From contig CM022671.1 of the NCBI GenBank assembly GCA_012295275.1, positions 23,312,001 through 23,376,000 of the forward strand: a stretch of DNA of 64,000 nt, read 5' to 3'. This DNA is from Chrysomallon squamiferum. Its lineage: Eukaryota > Animalia > Mollusca. Each line of letters begins with the position of its first letter. Within the stretch, counting starts at the first letter, position 1. Of this stretch, positions 58,150 through 64,000 are shown piece by piece. The notes beneath the pieces were generated by a model, which was given only the letters and a program-made list of their open reading frames with translations, was not told the origin of the DNA and did no database searches. Made by a program: the position numbers and the translations under genes.

Positions 58150-61100
58150 TGTATAACGGTAAACGAGTTCTTGATCAAATAGCCGTTCTGTTACAAGAAA
58201 ATATGACAGCGAAAAAACATATATCGTTAACATCAAAAAGACTCTGGACAAATGACTGCACGATAAAAACAAATCCGCCGGTTCTTCATTGTTTTTGTTA
58301 GCCGTGCCGGCTTCATAAAGGTTCTTTGATGACGGACAAGCCTAGGTCTTGTAAAGATCTTATTAGTACAGATATATCAGTTCTTTTGTTCTGTCTCTGT
58401 TCTTTATTGAAAGCGTCGACGTCAGAAAGTAAAAAAAATCTTTCGTTTTAAGTTGTTCCGATTATATTGTTTACAACTGGGTTTTGGGGGGGTTTTTTTC
58501 GGGTGGTGGATGGTTGTTGTTTTTTTTGTTGTTGTTAAGGGATGTCTTTTTTCTTTTCTTTCCTGTTGCTTATTCTTTTTATGCTGTTAATTCCATATTT
58601 ATAACAAAATATTACATTATAGTGTTAAAGTATATCTAGTCAGATAAATAATAAAGAAAACAAAGAAATAAAAAAAAAAATTATTATTATTATTAATATA
58701 AGAAGAAGACCAAGCATCTTATTTTCTTTTTAAAATATGAAATTGACGACAATATTAATGATAAATCCAGACTACCAGATTTATAAATATAGCTCTACAG
58801 ATACTTAAAATATTCTTATGTCTTACTATTATTATTGTTATCATCATCGTCATCATCATCATCATTTACTTTTACATACTGTCATCAGTCAACTTACTTA
58901 TTTATTTTACAGCTGTTGTTATTGTTGGTGTTGTCACCATTGCCACCATCATCTTGTTCTTTAAAACGGTCAGTATAAAAATAAATATACATTTACATTC
59001 TGCATTAACCTTACCTCACCTCAAGACATTTGATACTCGAGAACTTAAAATGAAATGAGTGAACATATAAATCTTCGAGTTAATAAAATATCTGTGAATG
59101 TTCACTGAAAATCGTAGAGAGAATGAGTCTTTAAAACACTCAACCTTTATTAATGTTAACAAATTCCTGGGTATCATTCAAACTTGTTTTTCATTATAGT
59201 ACGATTATATGACCGGATACTTTATAGACTTTTCATGGATTACTGTATTAATTAAAAGCAAGACATATCTTATCCACTCATTTTTCATAAGGCGAAAAGG
59301 GTCATGAAACAATGTTTGATATATATATATATATATATATATATATCATGGAGCACTGTGTGGAACGGAAAATATAACCACTAAATGAATTAAGTTGTGT
59401 CTAATAATTTAAAATATATATAAAATAATTAATAATATGACTTGCTTATCCTACATTCCAGCAAAATATTTTAGCAAAGATATATTTTAAGACTGTTGGA
59501 ACACAGGTTGGACCATAATTATTTGTCGTTGCCAAGCTATTTCTGTACAAGCATTTGACATCCGGGTTCAGTTGGTGGACACTTCATTCCAGTAATATCT
59601 GACACAGTCCGGCTTTGTGCAGAGTAAATGTCAAAGTGGGCTGTGTTTTTAAATGTAAAGCACAATTCGTGAGAAAAGGCATTTTACTTGTCTTTGTTCC
59701 TATTTGCTTCGTGATGACCTTTAAAACTGTCGCAGTTTCAGCATTTTTCGCAAGTAAAGCTACCCAAACATTACTGAGGATGCAAATTGTTCTACCTATT
59801 AAAATCCAAAATTGTTTTCCTTTCGATTAGTCAATAATCATTCCTTTCCTATTTTTTTGTTTTGGTTTCTTCATTTTCGTCTTGTTTCGTCGCCAAATTC
59901 TGCTTGCATACTCTTAGTTCGTTCTCCCGCGGGAATAAAGCATCTTTACTAATTACGAAGCCGTCTGCTTTTGGATGCACCAGTTGTGACGCGATTAACA
60001 CGTGGTTGTCAATTTGCATACGTGATTGGTTAAATGGTTTGAAAACTGTAATGAGGTGTCGTGGCTGTTTTTAAAATCCATTTTCTCGTTGTCTAGAGAG
60101 ATTTGAACAATCTACACAATATAAATGGTTTTGCTGCGTCGTTAAACAAACACTGCTGCTTTTTCTCTCTGTTTTTTTTTTTTTTTTTTTTTTAACTTCT
60201 TCAGAATTTCACTTAGGAAAAGCAACTAAGCTAGATTTGAGCGCTGATTTATGTAATAAAGACGTAATATTTTAATTATATATTTTTCTGTTTCTCTACG
60301 GATATTCATTGCGTTTTTGTTTTGTTGTTTCAAAGAGTGTTATAAAAAATAATTTTTCCTACCTTAATTATATTCTTTTTTGCAGAAATAGTTATTATAA
60401 AAGTTCCGCCGAAAATAACAGTAAGGCTCTTTGCTTCATATTCAATTCATCCAGCTAAATTATGTACCTGTACATAGTTCAGAATTTCAGTGCATTTTCT
60501 CATTTGCCCTGTTCCACCGACATAAAGAGGATGTTTCATTTTTCTTTATTTTCCATTATTATTATTATTTTTTTAAATTTTATATAATTTTAACTTGTAA
60601 TGAAAATAAACTGTTAACATCAGTAAATATTTTCGATCATGTTAATGTTAATGTTATTTTTTATATACAACAAAATACAAAATAAATCCATGAATAAAAT
60701 TCTTAAAAGTTATCATCATCATCATTTAATTTAATTTAATTTAATCCATTCATTCGTTTATTTTATTTTATTAATTTTTATTATTATTTTATTTTTTAAA
60801 ATTTTTTTTTTTTTTTTTTTTTTTGAAAAGAAATTTTAATTTAATTTTATTTTATTTTTCATTACTGCTTGGTCATTCAACTTCAAAATAAATTTAATTT
60901 TCAGTTATTTATTTCTTTTTTTATATATAAATTTCCGCGCATTTACTGAGGAGAAAATAAAACAAGAAGTTCTATCACTAGGACCTCACACGTCGATTAG
61001 ATCTGAACATGCAATTTTTTTTTATTTTAATTTATTTCTTTAAAGACTTTTTCATGCTGTCTGAAAATAACTATCATTCCAAACTATTTTATATCGGTTC

Positions 61101-61793
61101 ATTTACCATATCTGGATTAAACTAAAATTGAAGGAAAATTGCAATATGTATATAATATTTTGGAGAATAAATATAACAATAATGTTAAATAATTGCTTTG
61201 GTAAATGTCATTAGGCACAGCTGATTTATCATCAGTTGGATTTAAGTGTTTTCCTAAATACAACATCTTCCATTATAACTGCTGCTACAGTGCGTTAGTC
61301 TCAATATGGAAACTGAATAAGAAATCATGGTCTAAGGGAAAGAACTCCAGAATTTTTTTTTTTTTAAAAGAAGAAAAAAAAAGCACTCGGTCTGCAGATG
61401 CGAATTATTTGGAAAAGGGCGATAACAAATGTAACTTTTTTTAATTTTTTTTTTTTATATATTTGAATGTTTTTGAAAGTTTTTGACCTTCTTATTAATA
61501 AATTTAATTTAAAAAAAAAAAATTATATATTGCTGTTTTATTTAGCTTCAATATTTGAAATTTTCACATAATTTGAATACAAATAAATAAATAAATAAAT
61601 AAATAAACAAACAAGTAAATTAATGAATAAATAAATAAAAACGAAAATTACCAAAACTTAGTAATTTGGTTAACTATTTTTGTTTTTATCACAAAACGGA
61701 TTTGTACATCAATGAAAACAACATAATGTGTATTAATTTTTTGTATTATTATTATTTGTACATCCTTAGTATTCTCTCATCATGTTTATATCC

Positions 61794-61799
61794 TTTATT
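61794..61799 (-). promoter_or_regulatory. Candidate polyadenylation signal AATAAA for RBM19
   Basis: First AATAAA on the minus strand, about 73 nt after the stop codon. The context is AT-rich and other candidates occur further downstream. Confidence 0.4.
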
Positions 61800-61871
61800 C
61801 AAATAATCAACAATCTTCAGATACTGGGCTGACCCTATGCTCAATATAAATTCCTTTAGGTGTTGAAATAA

Positions 61872-61939
61872 TTAAATGTCTTTTGTGCCTTGCAGGTTTT
61901 CCATTATTGAAGATTTCTTCAGCTTCTTCCTTGGCACTT
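61872..61939 (-). CDS. RBM19: RBM19 terminal coding exon with TAA stop
   Basis: ttttacAG acceptor. The phase-1 join gives EVPRKKLKKSSIMENLQGTKDI*, a basic tail resembling the vertebrate RBM19 end (HFHEPPKKKRS...). Stop codon at 61874-61872. Confidence 0.82.
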
Positions 61940-61997
61940 CTGTAAAATAGTTGTTTTATTTTTAAAAAAAGTTTTAAGTGATATTCACTAAATATCA

Positions 61998-62107
61998 CAC
62001 ATTAAAAACATCTATATTTTATTTACAATGCCAAAATACCATTAATACTTTTCACATTAAAAACATCTATATTTTATTTACAATGCCAAAATACCATTAA
62101 TACTTTT
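61998..62107. repeat. 55-bp tandem duplication in the last RBM19 intron
   Basis: cacattaaaaacatctatattttatttacaatgccaaaataccattaatactttt occurs at 61998 and again at 62053. Confidence 0.92.
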
Positions 62108-62315
62108 ATGTTTAAAAGAGTACAGCACTGAACATGTCTATGACAAGTACTCAAGGAACCAGGCAAACATGGTTGTCACAGAGTTGTCATAGACAGACTG
62201 TTTTGAAGATAAGTCAGTGATAAAGTTTAATTATCTCATGATTTGTGTGCTTTTAATTTATTTTAAAGTAATAATAATAATAATAATATTTATTTTGTTT
62301 TGTTTTATTCTTCTT

Positions 62316-62347
<32 letters not shown>

Positions 62348-62557
62348 GTAAATATTCTTATTGAATTTTAACTTTTATATCTGCATTTTGTGAAATAAAA
62401 AATATAGCTCTGGAGATGAGAAGAAAGGCAAAATAAACAACAAATCAAACTGTCTTGGAATGGCTATTATGACCTCTTATATATATAATCAGTAAAACTG
62501 CATTTATAAAGGTAAGAAAAAGGAAGTAAAATAGTTATGATAATAAATAAATCTAAC

Positions 62558-62681
62558 CATCATGGAAGTGTTTTGCTGTCTTCTTTCTCAGTGAATCAAT
62601 GTCCTCCTCCGTTTCTGCCCACTCCAACACCATACGTCTGCCATACAAATGAGTGCTGTGACACAGAGCATTGAACGCCCT
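62558..62681 (-). CDS. RBM19: RBM19 penultimate coding exon
   Basis: Encodes RAFNALCHSTHLYGRRMVLEWAETEEDIDSLRKKTAKHFHD, with the diagnostic HSTHLYGRRxVLEWA motif. ttttcAG acceptor and G|GTTAGA donor. Not in the supplied ORF track. Confidence 0.95.
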
Positions 62682-62804
62682 CTGAAAATAATAAATACTT
62701 TTATTAATTAATCAGTTAAATATAAATAAATAAATAAATAAATAAATAAACAATAATAATAATCATAACAGTAACAACATTAACAACAACAAAGATAATA
62801 ATAA

Positions 62805-62842
<38 letters not shown>

Positions 62843-62914
62843 TAACAATAACAATAACAACAACAACAAAAATAAAATACTCTTCTCATATGAAACTTCT
62901 AATGAAAGACTTAC

Positions 62915-63020
62915 CTTTGCATCATGTCTAGTAAGGAAATCCACAAAGGCAAATCCTCGATGTGATCCTGTACCACTCATTTTCTTAGGTAAACGTACAG
63001 TCTTCAGTTCACCAAACACC
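62915..63020 (-). CDS. RBM19: RBM19 internal exon (last RRM, RNP1)
   Basis: Encodes (R)[35 protein letters not shown], nearly identical to the RBM19 last RRM as I recall it (RGFAFVDF = RNP1). ctacAG acceptor and AAG|GTAAGT donor; 106 nt keeps the frame. Confidence 0.96.
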
Positions 63021-63507
63021 CTGTAGTATTAAAAAACAATATCAAATTATGAAAAAAACACCTTGTGGCATCATCAACAGTAATAAATTATAAAACCTCC
63101 TGTATAAAGGACCAACCATCTATAATTATAAAACACAACAAAATATTAAACAAAACCTGTAATAGCAACAGCAAAACATTTTGTATCAATAACAGTATAA
63201 ACTAAAAATATAAAAAAAACTTGTAAATAACTATTAAAGGATTACTTTAAATTGTTGTTTAGGTCATGTTAACTACATGATAAATATGGATCACAAAAAT
63301 CAACAACATTTGTAAGATACTAATTAGTGAGTGTTAATTAGTGATTTTCACTCTGACATTTTAATAAGTTAAAAATATCTTCAAATAATAAAAAAAAATT
63401 AAAATATATATCTTTTTTTATATTAAATATATATATATATATATTTTTTTTTTCATTATATATTTAGATTGGTTTTGTTTAATTCAAACTGCACAGTGTA
63501 TATTGAC

Positions 63508-63624
63508 CTGAAAAGCTCAAATATTTCTTTCTGATTAGCTTCAAATGGAATATTTCGCACCAAGATCTTGGATGATTTTTGTTTTGTTTTTGTTTGTTTT
63601 TTCCTCCCTGCAATCTTGGGTTCT
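63508..63624 (-). CDS. RBM19: RBM19 (Mrd1-like multi-RRM ribosome biogenesis protein), internal exon; the gene continues beyond the right edge of the window
   Basis: Encodes EPKIAGRKKQTKTKQKSSKILVRNIPFEANQKEIFELF, the start of the last RRM with RNP2-like ILVRNIP. Flanked by ttattatAG acceptor and AG|GTCAAT donor. The 2 leftover nt join in frame with the next exon. Confidence 0.92.
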
Positions 63625-63669
63625 CTATAATAATAAAATAATAATATTAATAATAACAACAGTGATGGA

Positions 63670-63792
<123 letters not shown>

Positions 63793-64000
63793 TTTTATTA
63801 TTATAAATATTTATAAAATATAAAATACATTAACTAAATTAATAAAATGACATAATGATAATAATAATAAATTAAAAGACATAGATACATTTAAATAAAT
63901 AAATAGTAAATATTCTGGTGTACAAATATAAATATTTTAATGGTTTACTACAATATTTTATTCATTAAAAGATATTATCATTAAATAATAATTGCACTTC

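Noticed and set aside
61807-61998. 63-aa minus-strand ORF from the track as the RBM19 last exon
   Set aside because: Wrong frame. The splice phase selects the EVPRKKLKK frame that ends at 61872.

Overview
AT-rich, microsatellite-dense eukaryotic genomic DNA, probably from an invertebrate animal (a mollusc or other lophotrochozoan is my guess from composition only). The only protein-coding sequence I can support is the last four coding exons of an RBM19/Mrd1 orthologue on the minus strand (63624 down to 61872). The other ~61.5 kb lie downstream of that gene and contain no recognisable gene. They consist of roughly 40-45 CpG-retaining, higher-GC unique islands (about 0.2-0.8 kb) separated by simple-repeat spacers, and look like a cis-regulatory gene desert. 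Best leads: (1) a diverged, internally palindromic ~120-bp element present twice, 29.4 kb apart (28589-28707 and 58024-58149); (2) a 49-bp minisatellite that builds an array of TAAT-N3-ATTA homeodomain-dimer sites; (3) a ~92-nt hairpin whose only mismatches are G-U wobbles; (4) apparent enrichment of TGACAG and CACGTG motifs; (5) a sharp CpG boundary at the RBM19 gene body. Nearly all ORFs in the supplied track are simple-repeat or chance ORFs. I saw no rRNA, intact tRNA, CRISPR array or transposase/RT coding sequence. All counts were made by eye.
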